DNA from: an uncultured Gemmatimonadota bacterium
GTDB lineage: Bacteria > SM23-81
Direction: 5' to 3'
Length of the DNA stretch: 18,155 bases
Assembly: GCA_964584035.1 (NCBI GenBank)
Contig: CAZOYL010000030.1
Location: 1 to 18,155 of the forward strand
Made by a program: the position numbers and the translations under genes. Of the stretch, positions 1-8,010 are shown in pieces (positions within the stretch are counted from its first letter, which is position 1; the number at the start of each line of letters is the position of its first letter). The notes under the pieces were generated by a model. It was not told the DNA's origin. It saw nothing but the letters and a program-made list of their open reading frames with translations, and made no database searches.

Positions 1-1
1 A

Positions 2-2344
2 GCGGCCAAGACGGCTACCTACAGCTGGTCGGAGACCCATCCCATCGCCACCTACCTGATCTCTCTGGCCGTCTCCAGATACGCCACCTTCAGCTATTGG
101 TATTACGGCGAGGAAGACACTATGGAGATCGCCTGCTACGCCCCCCGGGAGGATTCCGCCGACGCCGCCGTCGACTTTGCCAATTTGCCGGAGATGATCG
201 CCTGCTACAATGAGCTGTTCGGCACCTACCCCTTCATAGATGAGAAGTACGGCATGGCCACCTTCCCCTGGGGCGGAGCCATGGAGCATCAGACCTGCAC
301 TTCATGGGGATTTACCCTGACGGGCAACAATTACTACGACTGGGTGGTGGCTCACGAGCTGGCCCATCAGTGGTGGGGCGACTGGGTGTCTCCCGACAAC
401 TGGAAGGAGATCTGGCTCAACGAGGGCTTTGCCACCTATTCCGAGGCCCTGTGGATGGAACACCTCTACGGCGGCTCCGGCCTGCGGGCCTACATGCAGG
501 AGATGCAGGACTACTATGTCGGGTGGGAGAACGGCAGCGGCCAGAGCTTTCCGATCTATGATCCGCCCTCCGGATACCTGTTCTCCGCCACCGAGTATGA
601 AAAGGCCGGCTGTGTGCTGCACATGCTCCGCTTCGTGGTGGGGGATTCGACCTTCTTCGACATTCTCAGAACCTACGGTTCTAACAATGCTTACGGAAAT
701 GCCGTCACCGCCGATTTCCAGTCCGCCTGCGAGGATCTCTCCGGCCGGGATCTGGACTGGTTCTTCCAGCAGTGGATCTATCAGCCCGGGTTTCCCCGGT
801 TCTCCTTTGCCTGGAATTACGAGCTCGAGAAGGAGACCGGGTACCTGGTGAATATCTCCCTGGTTCAGCAGCAGCAAAGCGGATCCATCTTCGAGATGCC
901 GGTGGAGATCGGCATCACCACCGGTTCGGGAACGGCTCTGGACACGGTGCTGGTCGATGAGGAGGCCGAGCAGATCCAGCTGGTCGTCGAGGAACCGCCC
1001 CTGGGTGTGCAACTGGATCCCAATGAGTGGCTGCTGTGCGAGAAGGAGGAGGTCCAGGTCACCGAGCCCATTCTGGTGATGGACCAGTACACCATCGATG
1101 ATTCCGGCGGCGACGGCTGGCTCAATCCCGGCGAAGCGGCCGATTTGATCATCTCCCTGGAGAACCAGGGGACCACCGCCTGCGGGATCACGGGCGTTTT
1201 GCGAACCAGCGATGATCAGGTGACCATCCTTGACAGCACCGCCAACTTCGAGGAGATCCGCTTCTACCAGAACGGCGACAATGCCCTGACCCCATTCATC
1301 CTCTCGGTCTCCCCGGACGCCTCGCCCCACTGGGCCCATCTCACCCTGTCGCTGTTCGCCGCCGGCGATGACCAGGGAACCACCGCCTTCCGCCTGCCCG
1401 TCGGTGTGCCCACCGTGCTGCTGGTGGACGATGACGGCGGCCAGGATGAGGACTTGTTTTACACCGGAGTCCTGGACAGCCTGAATGTGCTCTATGATAT
1501 CGTCGATATGGACAAGACCGGCGGAGGCGGCAAGAGGGATTTCCAGTCCTTTGACCTGGTCATCTGGTTCACCGGCCTGGAGACGGAAAACACCCTGACG
1601 GCTGCTGATCAGGACAGCCTGGCCGCCTTTCTGGACGCCGGCGGAAACCTGCTGCTGGCCGGCAGCGGGTTGGGCAATGATCTCGGCGCCACCGCTTTCT
1701 ACAGCGACTACCTGCACGCCGTCTGGGACGGCGAAACCTCCTCGATGCTCCTTCAGGGAGTTACCGGAGACCCCATCTCCGAGGGACAGCTGGTCGTCAT
1801 CCTCAACCAGGACGGCCAGCAGGACCATCTTTCTCCAAATGAGGATGCCGGGACCTCAGTCTGCTTCAACTATCTGGGCGACGGGGCCGCCGCCATCCGG
1901 CATGAGAGCGATTATAAAACGCTCTATTTTGGATATTCGCTGGAGTACACCCGCAGCGACAACCCCAGCGCGATGACGCCTCACAAGCTGATCAGCGCCA
2001 TCCTGAACTGGTTCGGGGGGGTCACGCCGGTGGCCTCCGAAGAAGGGTCGATCGCCGCTGTGCCGGAACGCTTCGAGCTGAGCCAGAACTATCCCAATCC
2101 GTTTAACGCCTCCACCCGGATCACCTTTGGAGTGCCCCGGGCCGCGCCGGTCAAGCTGACCATTTTCAACATCCGCGGGCAGCAGGTCCGCACCCTGGCC
2201 GGCGGACAACGCCCGGCCGGACGGCATGTTCTGCTGTGGGACGGCCGCGATGACCGCGGCCGGCAGGTGGCCAGCGGCATTTATCTGTGCCGGCTTGAGG
2301 CGGGCCGTCAGCGCCGCTCGGTCAAGATGCTGCTGTTGCGCTAA
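2..2344 (+). CDS. Secreted M1-family zinc aminopeptidase with accessory domains and C-terminal FlgD-Ig/T9SS-type-A-like sorting domain (5' truncated)
   Basis: Frame is open from position 2 (AAKTATYSWSETHPIATYLISLAVS, typical of the M1 N-domain), so the ATG at 122 is internal. Contains GAMEH (GAMEN-like), HELAHQWWG...WLNEGFATY (HExxH-x18-E) and YEKAG. C-terminus LSQNYPNPFN...WDGRDDRGRQVASGIYLCRL. Confidence 0.93.
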   Translation, partial: AAKTATYSWSETHPIATYLISLAVSRYATFSYWYYGEEDTMEIACYAPREDSADAAVDFANLPEMIACYNELFGTYPFIDEKYGMATFPWGGAMEHQTCTSWGFTLTGNNYYDWVVAHELAHQWWGDWVSPDNWKEIWLNEGFATYSEALWMEHLYGGSGLRAYMQEMQDYYVGWENGSGQSFPIYDPPSGYLFSATEYEKAGCVLHMLRFVVGDSTFFDILRTYGSNNAYGNAVTADFQSACEDLSGRDLDWFFQQWIYQPGFPRFSFAWNYELEKETGYLVNISLVQQQQSGSIFEMPVEIGITTGSGTALDTVLVDEEAEQIQLVVEEPPLGVQLDPNEWLLCEKEEVQVTEPILVMDQYTIDDSGGDGWLNPGEAADLIISLENQGTTACGITGVLRTSDDQVTILDSTANFEEIRFYQNGDNALTPFILSVSPDASPHWAHLTLSLFAAGDDQGTTAFRLPVGVPTVLLVDDDGGQDEDLFYTGVLDSLNVLYDIVDMDKTGGGGKRDFQSFDLVIWFTGLETENTLTAADQDSLAAFLDAGGNLLLAGSGLGNDLGATAFYSDYLHAVWDGETSSMLLQGVTGDPISEGQLVVILNQDGQQDHLSPNEDAGTSVCFNYLGDGAAAIRHESDYKTLYFGYSLEYTRSDNPSAMTPHKLISAILNWFGGVTPVASEEGSIAAVPERFELSQNYPNPFNASTRITFGVPRAAPVKLTIFNIRGQQVRTLAGGQRPAGRHVLLWDGRDDRGRQVASGIYLCRLEAGRQRRSVKMLLLR

Positions 2345-2359
2345 GGGACGGAGTCGGCC

Positions 2360-2491
2360 ATGATCTGTCCGCGCTGCCGTATCAAGATGGACGAACAGAA
2401 ACGCAGCTTCCACAAACAGCGCAAGTGGATCTGCCGCCGCTGCGGCCTGGTCAGGATGCAGGAGGTCGGCAGGAAGCCAAAAAAGAATTGA
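2360..2491 (+). CDS. Small basic Cys4 zinc-ribbon protein, 43 aa (below the ORF-track cutoff)
   Basis: MICPRCRIKMDEQKRSFHKQRKWICRRCGLVRMQEVGRKPKKN*. Two CxxC motifs, GGAG at 2350-2353, starts 15 nt after the peptidase stop. Confidence 0.72.
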   Translation: MICPRCRIKMDEQKRSFHKQRKWICRRCGLVRMQEVGRKPKKN

Positions 2492-2516
2492 CATATCAGA
2501 CCTGATCCTGTACCTT
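2488..2516 (+). promoter_or_regulatory. Putative sigma70 promoter for the lipoprotein gene
   Basis: TTGACA (2488-2493), 17 nt spacer, TACCTT (2511-2516). The -35 overlaps the zinc-ribbon TGA. Confidence 0.6.
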
Positions 2517-2570
2517 ACCGGGGTATCAATCCATGGTTCTTTTCCACCAGAAGTGAGAAAGGAGCGGAAC

Positions 2571-3071
2571 ATGAGAAAGCTGATCGTTCTGGGCATCATG
2601 GCGGCGTTGATCGTCAGCAGTGCATGGCTGTTGGCCTGTGGCGGCGGGGGCGGCGAGAAGCAGTCCGGAGAGGAGCCCGAATCGAAGTCTGCTGAGGAAA
2701 CGGTGGTAGCCGATAAAGGTGGTAATGCCGGCGGAACCGACTGGAAGGATATTCCCATCTATTCGGGGGCCAAGCCCTTTGACAGCGAAATGGCCGCCCA
2801 GATGTCGGCATCTATGAGCAGCATGGGTGATAAGGGCAGCTCGAAGGTGCAGCTCTATAAAACCGGTGACGATTATGAGAAGGTGGTCTCCTACTACAAA
2901 TCTCATATGTCCCGCAAAGGCTGGAAAATGGTCATGGACAAAGAGGAAGAGGAGGGCTGGGGCAGTATGTGGCAGAAGAAAGACGGCGAGATTCTGGTTC
3001 ACGTGTCCGTGGTTAAGGATATCGAGGGAGAATGCGGCATCATCATCGGCCGGCACGAGGGCAAGAAATAG
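2571..3071 (+). CDS. Hypothetical lipoprotein, 166 aa
   Basis: AAGGAG RBS at 2559-2564 favours ATG 2571. Signal MRKLIVLGIMAALIVSSAWLLA-C with lipobox LLAC, a Gly/Glu-rich linker, then a compact domain (IPIYSGAK...VVSYYKSHMSRKGW). Confidence 0.85.
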   Translation: MRKLIVLGIMAALIVSSAWLLACGGGGGEKQSGEEPESKSAEETVVADKGGNAGGTDWKDIPIYSGAKPFDSEMAAQMSASMSSMGDKGSSKVQLYKTGDDYEKVVSYYKSHMSRKGWKMVMDKEEEEGWGSMWQKKDGEILVHVSVVKDIEGECGIIIGRHEGKK

Positions 3072-3173
3072 CGGCGGATGCTTTACAGGAGGTTCATCGA
3101 GAATACATCTGCCCGACAGATATGGCATCGACGGTTGGGCGGAAGCCAATGGTCGAGGATATCTTAAGATCTG

Positions 3174-3203
3174 AAAAGGGTTCCCTGAGGGGAACCCTTT
3201 TTT
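3174..3203 (+). terminator. Intrinsic terminator, potentially bidirectional
   Basis: Perfect 12-bp inverted repeat AAAAGGGTTCCC-TGAG-GGGAACCCTTTT ending in a T6 run. Confidence 0.85.
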
Positions 3204-3264
3204 CATGGGAACGCGATAGGGAAAAGAAAATTGGTATCGGCCCCTTTTTTGGCATAAGACTTGT

Positions 3265-3525
3265 ATGAAATATCCGGAGGTCGGCAGATCACCGGACCGG
3301 CTGCGCGGCGAGCGCTGCTACCGGATCTGGCATCAGCGCAGCGAGCCCTGTGAGGGCTGCCCGGTCCTCAGGGCGCGTGAATCGGGACGGCCCTGCCGGG
3401 CCGCCCTGGGAATCGGCAAGGCCCTGGAGGAGATCACGCAGAATAGAGGAACGCACTATGATTCGGAAGTGGTCAGGGTCTGTTTGAAGATCTTCTACGA
3501 TCGCAAATTCGAATGGGAGAAATAA
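3265..3525 (+). pseudogene. Internally deleted PAS + HD-GYP (c-di-GMP phosphodiesterase) gene remnant, 86 aa
   Basis: GERCYRIWHQRSEPCEGCPVLRARESGRP resembles a Cys-rich PAS segment. RPCRAALGIGKALEEITQNRGTHYDSEVVRVCL resembles the HD-GYP C-terminus. HD, HHE and GYP motifs are absent. Confidence 0.7.
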
Positions 3526-3556
3526 CAACCTTTTTCGAAACAGAGAGTTGCTTGAT

Positions 3557-3586
3557 AACCGGCGAGGCGATCCTGGCCGGTTTTTT
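3557..3586 (+). terminator. Intrinsic terminator
   Basis: AACCGGC (3557-3563) pairs with GCCGGTT (3576-3582), with inner AGG/CCT pairing, running into T6. Confidence 0.6.
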
Positions 3587-3610
3587 CATCTCTCGGTGGT
3601 ATTTATTGAC

Positions 3611-3639
3611 TTGAAATTAGACACCAAAAGATGTATCAT
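3611..3639 (+). promoter_or_regulatory. Putative sigma70 promoter of the nagB-led operon
   Basis: TTGAAA (3611-3616), 17 nt spacer, TATCAT (3634-3639), in an AT-rich patch. Confidence 0.55.
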
Positions 3640-3779
3640 TAGGAGCAAAATGAGATGATGGAAAGCCGCCCGTCGGATTGAACCGTACCGGTATCAACCA
3701 ATTGAGAGGCATACTGCTCTGGCGGGCGGGCCGCTGCGCATACGGCCGTTCAATTGTCTTCACAGGTGAGGTACAGGCG

Positions 3780-6128
3780 ATGTCCACCCTGAAAAACGAT
3801 CCGGCCTCCAACGTCGAAAAGGTCTGGCTGGCGAAGTCCGGACGGGATCTGCTCTATCCGGACCGGGAGCATGTCGGCATCATCGAGGTGTCTAACTTCC
3901 CCGATCTGGGAAAGCTGACCGCCCAGCGGTTCATCGAGTGGGTCCAGGCCAACCCCGACGGCGTTCTGGCCCTTCCGACGGGCAAGACCCCGGAGCATTT
4001 CATCAAATGGGTGAAGCACTATCTGAGCAGCTGGGATCGGCCGGCGGTCCAGAAGGATCTGTCGGCCGGCGGCGTCGATCCATCCGTTCGCCCGGATCTG
4101 GGCGGTCTGCGGTTCGTTCAGATCGACGAGTTCTACCCCATCGATCCGGAACAGACGAACAGTTTTTACTATTATGTCCAAAAGTATTATATCGCGGGGT
4201 TCGGTCTCGATCCGGAAAAGGCCCTGCTGATCGATGCCTCCAGTATCGGCATCCCCGAGGGCAAGACCTTTTTCGATATCTTCTTCAACAACGAGGTGGA
4301 TCTGTCTCTGCGGGTTCGTCAGGCCCGAAGCCGGGTGGAACGCTGCCAGCAGGACGTCCTGGCTCAGGTGGATCAATGGTGCACGGAGTATGAGCGCCGC
4401 ATCCGGGACATGGGCGGCATCGGTTTCTTTCTGGGCGGCATCGGTCCGGACGGGCATATCGCCTTTAACATCCGGGGCTCGGATCTGTACTCCACCACCC
4501 GATTGATGCCCACCAACTACGAAACACAGGCGGCGGCTGCCGTTGACCTGGGCGGCATCGAGGTGGCCAGAAAGCGGCTGGTCATCACCATCGGGCTGCG
4601 GACGATCACCTATAATCCGGATGTGGTGGCCCTCATCATGGCGGCCGGCGAGGCCAAAGCTCCCGTAGTCAAGGATGCCGTCCAGCAGTCCCGAAGCAAC
4701 CGCTATCCGGCCACCATCCTTCATGAGCTGCCCAATGCCCGGTTCTATTTGACCAGGGGCGCCGCCCGCCTGCTGACCGACCGGGTCTATGTAGATATCA
4801 AGAGCCTGCCGGAGCTGTCCGATGAAACGGTGGAGCGGGTGGTCGTCGATCTGGCGGTGGATCGAAACAGACACCTCCGGGATCTCAAGCGGGAGGATTT
4901 CGAGGTGGTCCGCTCCTCTACCGAGGTGCTGTCGCGGTTCGGGGGGGATGTCAGGGCTGTGGTCGAGAAAGTGGAGAATAGCCTCAAGGAGAAGATCGAG
5001 CGCGGCCGCCTGGTGCCGGAGAATTCCACCTTTATGCACACGGCCCCGCATCATGACGACATTATGCTGGGCTACCTCGGATATCTCATTCATACGGTCC
5101 GCCCGCTGTCCAATCGTCACACTTTTAACTATGCCACCAGCGGATTTACCGCCGTCACCAATACCTACATGGGCCGGCAGCTGAAAAACCTGAAGCGATG
5201 GATCGTTTCGAAGGAATTTACGGAGCTCATGGAGGAGGAATATTTCCAGCCCGATGGTCATATTGAACGAGGCCGGGACGTGTTCCAGTACCTGGACGGC
5301 GTGGCCGCCAGGAGCAATACCATGAAAAGCGAGGGCGAGGCCCGACGGCTGCTTCGCAGCCTGATGTTCCTCTATGAGGAGAGCAATCTTCCCCATCTGA
5401 TCAACCGTATCGATGAACTGATTAACTACTTTTCCACACAGTATCCGGGCAAGAAGGATCTACCTCACATCCAGCAACTCAAGGGCATGATCCGGGAATG
5501 GGAGGCGGACCTGCTGTGGGGCTATTTCGGATTTCACGCTCGCTCGGTCAACCACATCCGCCTGGGTTTTTACAAGGGCGAGATTTTCACCGAGCTTCCG
5601 GAGATGGAGCGGGATGTGATGCCGATTTACAAAATCATGGAGCAGAACCGGCCCGACGTGGTCACGGTAGCCCTGGATCCGGAGGCCAGCGGCCCGGACA
5701 CGCATTATAAGGTGCTCCAGATCATCACCGAGGCGCTGCGCCTCTATGAGAAGATCAATCCCGAGGTGCGGGTGCTGGGCTATCGGAATGTCTGGTACCG
5801 GTTCCATCCTTCGGAGGCCAACGTGTTCGTGCCGGTCTCCCTTAATTCCATGGCCATCCTGGAGAATGCCTTCGTCCAGTGCTTCGGCTCCCAGCGGGAG
5901 GCCTCCTTTCCCAGCCACGAATACGACGGACCCTTCTACCGCCTGGCCCAGGAGATCATGGTGCAGCAGCACCGGACCGTGAAGATGTGCCTGGGCCGGG
6001 AGTTTTTCGGCTCTCACGAAAGCCCCCGGATGCGGGCGGCGCACGGCCTGGTCTTCCTGCGGCAGATGGATCTGGAAGAGTTCTATCAGCGTTCACAGGA
6101 GCTGCGCAGCAGCATGCAGGAGCGTTGA
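3780..6128 (+). CDS. nagB: Long-form glucosamine-6-phosphate deaminase fused to a PIG-L/LmbE deacetylase-like domain, 782 aa
   Basis: NagB motifs LALPTGKTP, QIDEFYP, GGIGPDGHIAFN, ITIGLRTI, AAGEAKA. C-terminal APHHDDIMLG and DPEASGPDTHY resemble PIG-L metal motifs. GAGGT at 3768-3772 supports ATG 3780. Confidence 0.88.
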   Translation: MSTLKNDPASNVEKVWLAKSGRDLLYPDREHVGIIEVSNFPDLGKLTAQRFIEWVQANPDGVLALPTGKTPEHFIKWVKHYLSSWDRPAVQKDLSAGGVDPSVRPDLGGLRFVQIDEFYPIDPEQTNSFYYYVQKYYIAGFGLDPEKALLIDASSIGIPEGKTFFDIFFNNEVDLSLRVRQARSRVERCQQDVLAQVDQWCTEYERRIRDMGGIGFFLGGIGPDGHIAFNIRGSDLYSTTRLMPTNYETQAAAAVDLGGIEVARKRLVITIGLRTITYNPDVVALIMAAGEAKAPVVKDAVQQSRSNRYPATILHELPNARFYLTRGAARLLTDRVYVDIKSLPELSDETVERVVVDLAVDRNRHLRDLKREDFEVVRSSTEVLSRFGGDVRAVVEKVENSLKEKIERGRLVPENSTFMHTAPHHDDIMLGYLGYLIHTVRPLSNRHTFNYATSGFTAVTNTYMGRQLKNLKRWIVSKEFTELMEEEYFQPDGHIERGRDVFQYLDGVAARSNTMKSEGEARRLLRSLMFLYEESNLPHLINRIDELINYFSTQYPGKKDLPHIQQLKGMIREWEADLLWGYFGFHARSVNHIRLGFYKGEIFTELPEMERDVMPIYKIMEQNRPDVVTVALDPEASGPDTHYKVLQIITEALRLYEKINPEVRVLGYRNVWYRFHPSEANVFVPVSLNSMAILENAFVQCFGSQREASFPSHEYDGPFYRLAQEIMVQQHRTVKMCLGREFFGSHESPRMRAAHGLVFLRQMDLEEFYQRSQELRSSMQER

Positions 6129-6131
6129 GGC

Positions 6132-7952
6132 ATGTCCTTCGAGCGGTTCTATATGCAGATCTTCGGCCTGGGGCTGCTGGTCCTGGTGGCCCACTTCGGT
6201 TCCCGGATCACCCGGCGGCTGAAGATCGGCGAAGTGGTCGGCCAGGTGCTGGGCGGGCTGGTGGTGGGACCCGTCCTGCTGCTGTTCATCGAGCATCGTT
6301 TCCCGGAATACCGTGAAGCACTCAGCTCACTTCATTTTTTCACGTTTGTTTTCCTGAGCCTGATCGCCTTCGGCATTGGAGATGAGCTCAATCGTAAAAA
6401 GCTCAAGAGCATTGGGAAAGGAATCCTTCCCTTATCGCTCATCGAGGGATTCACCACATGGTTTTTCGTCACCGCGACTTTTTTGGCCCTGGGTTTTAAA
6501 CCCATTGAAGCACTGTTGATCGGCAGCATTGGCATCGCTACCGAGCCGGCCGCCACCTTCGCCATCATGAATAAATTAGATATCGGCGGCAGAATGCGCA
6601 GCATTCTCGGAGGAATGGTTGTTCTTGATGATGTCATAGAGATAGTGGTTTTTTCCATCACCTGCCAGGCGGCGCTGCTCATAGCCAGGGGTGGAGCCTT
6701 TTCACTGACCAATCTGACGTTGCCGGTCACTCGAGAGTTGTTGTTGGCCCTGCTGATCGGATTTGGAATATTTATCGTCCTGCGGCTTGCTTTAGAGCGA
6801 AGATGGCTGCGGCCGGAAAGTGCCGGCGGCAAGATGAAATCTTTTATTGGTCCGGAGTTTTTATCGAGGCTCATCTCGGAACTGCCCGGTCCCTCCGTAG
6901 AAGTTTTTATTATCGTGGCCGGATGTGTCTGTCTCGGGGTCGGCGTGGCTCTGCACTGGCATCTACCCTTCCTGATTACCGCCACCGTTGCCGGCGTACT
7001 TATTTCTAATCTTTACTCCAGAGAAGTGTTCCAGTCTTTGCGCATTGAAAGCGCCACTTCCATGTACACCCTGGTTTTCTTCGCCCTGATCGGCGCCAAT
7101 GCCGATATCAGCGCCTTTCATCATGAAAACTTGCTGTCTATTGGAGCCTATATCGCGGCCAGATCGGTTGGGAAAATGGGCGGCTCCTGGCTGGGATGTC
7201 GAGTCATGGGGGTGGAGAAACGGATCACCCAGACGCTGCCGAGGCTGATGCTGCCGCAAGCCGGAGTGGCCGCGGTGGAGGCGTTCTATGTAGCCGCTGT
7301 GCTGGGAGAAGAAGGCAGGACGGTTCTGACGATTATTCTACCCGGTCTGATCTTTTTCGAGACGGTCGGCGTGCTTTCTTCGGAACGAGCGCTCATCAAA
7401 TGGCGTTCCTGGGCGACGGGAGGCGGAGAACTCTTCGGTGAGGAGGATCTGATTCGAGAAAAACTGGAAAGAGCGCCGCTGGCCGTTAACCAGGTGTTAC
7501 ACCCCGACACCCTTCGTGTTCCATTAGAGGTGTCTTCCAAAGGAGAAGCTATCTGGGAGCTGATCCGAACCATCCAGCAGGCCGGCTTCATCAGCAACCC
7601 CGGGCTGGTCCTGGAGACCATTCTGGAACGGGAGCGCCAGGGGGGTGTCACCCTGGGGGAGGGCATCGCCATTCCCCACGCCCGGCTGCCGGAGCTGCAG
7701 CAGCCGGTGGTGGCCATGGGCATCTTGCCGCAGGGCCGGCCCATTCAGGTGGGCGGCCCGGGCGATCAGCCGGTGGATATTATCTATCTGGTGCTATCGC
7801 CTCCGGAGCCGCCCGGGCTGCACATCCAGGTGCTGGCCGCTATTGCCAGGCTGTTGCGGATCGAGGAGGCCAGGGAGGGACTGCGCCGCGCGCAAAGCGC
7901 TCAGGAGGCCATGGAGATCATCAACAAATACTCTCAGGGACCGCTCCGTTGA
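6132..7952 (+). CDS. Cation:proton antiporter (CPA2-like) fused to a PTS EIIA (Fru/Ntr-type) domain
   Basis: Many hydrophobic helices with GLVVGP, AFGIGDEL, IATEPAAT, VVLDDV, ARSVGKMGG and LPQAGVA. C-terminal ILERERQGGVTLGEGIAIPHAR carries the phospho-acceptor His. Starts 3 nt after the nagB stop. Confidence 0.9.
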   Translation: MSFERFYMQIFGLGLLVLVAHFGSRITRRLKIGEVVGQVLGGLVVGPVLLLFIEHRFPEYREALSSLHFFTFVFLSLIAFGIGDELNRKKLKSIGKGILPLSLIEGFTTWFFVTATFLALGFKPIEALLIGSIGIATEPAATFAIMNKLDIGGRMRSILGGMVVLDDVIEIVVFSITCQAALLIARGGAFSLTNLTLPVTRELLLALLIGFGIFIVLRLALERRWLRPESAGGKMKSFIGPEFLSRLISELPGPSVEVFIIVAGCVCLGVGVALHWHLPFLITATVAGVLISNLYSREVFQSLRIESATSMYTLVFFALIGANADISAFHHENLLSIGAYIAARSVGKMGGSWLGCRVMGVEKRITQTLPRLMLPQAGVAAVEAFYVAAVLGEEGRTVLTIILPGLIFFETVGVLSSERALIKWRSWATGGGELFGEEDLIREKLERAPLAVNQVLHPDTLRVPLEVSSKGEAIWELIRTIQQAGFISNPGLVLETILERERQGGVTLGEGIAIPHARLPELQQPVVAMGILPQGRPIQVGGPGDQPVDIIYLVLSPPEPPGLHIQVLAAIARLLRIEEAREGLRRAQSAQEAMEIINKYSQGPLR

Positions 7953-8010
7953 TCTTTCAGGGGAGCGGTCATTCCATCTGCCCGAAAGAATCTGCACAGG
8001 AGGATGTCGC

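Noticed and set aside
3072..3120. glmS-ribozyme-like fragments (GGCGGATGC, GGAGGTTCATCGAG) near an amino-sugar gene
   Set aside because: The fragments are in the wrong order, the AGCGCC cleavage motif and GACGAGG are missing, and two terminators separate the region from nagB.
3078..3167. 29-codon ORF MLYRRFIENTSARQIWHRRLGGSQWSRIS after the lipoprotein
   Set aside because: No convincing RBS or motif; cannot be told apart from a chance ORF.
3678..3779. TTG-started extension of nagB
   Set aside because: No RBS and non-protein-like sequence; ATG 3780 has a GAGGT RBS.
7645..8010. 122-aa N-terminal extension of the transglutaminase-like ORF
   Set aside because: It overlaps the EIIA coding region in another frame; the RBS and signal peptide point to ATG 8011.
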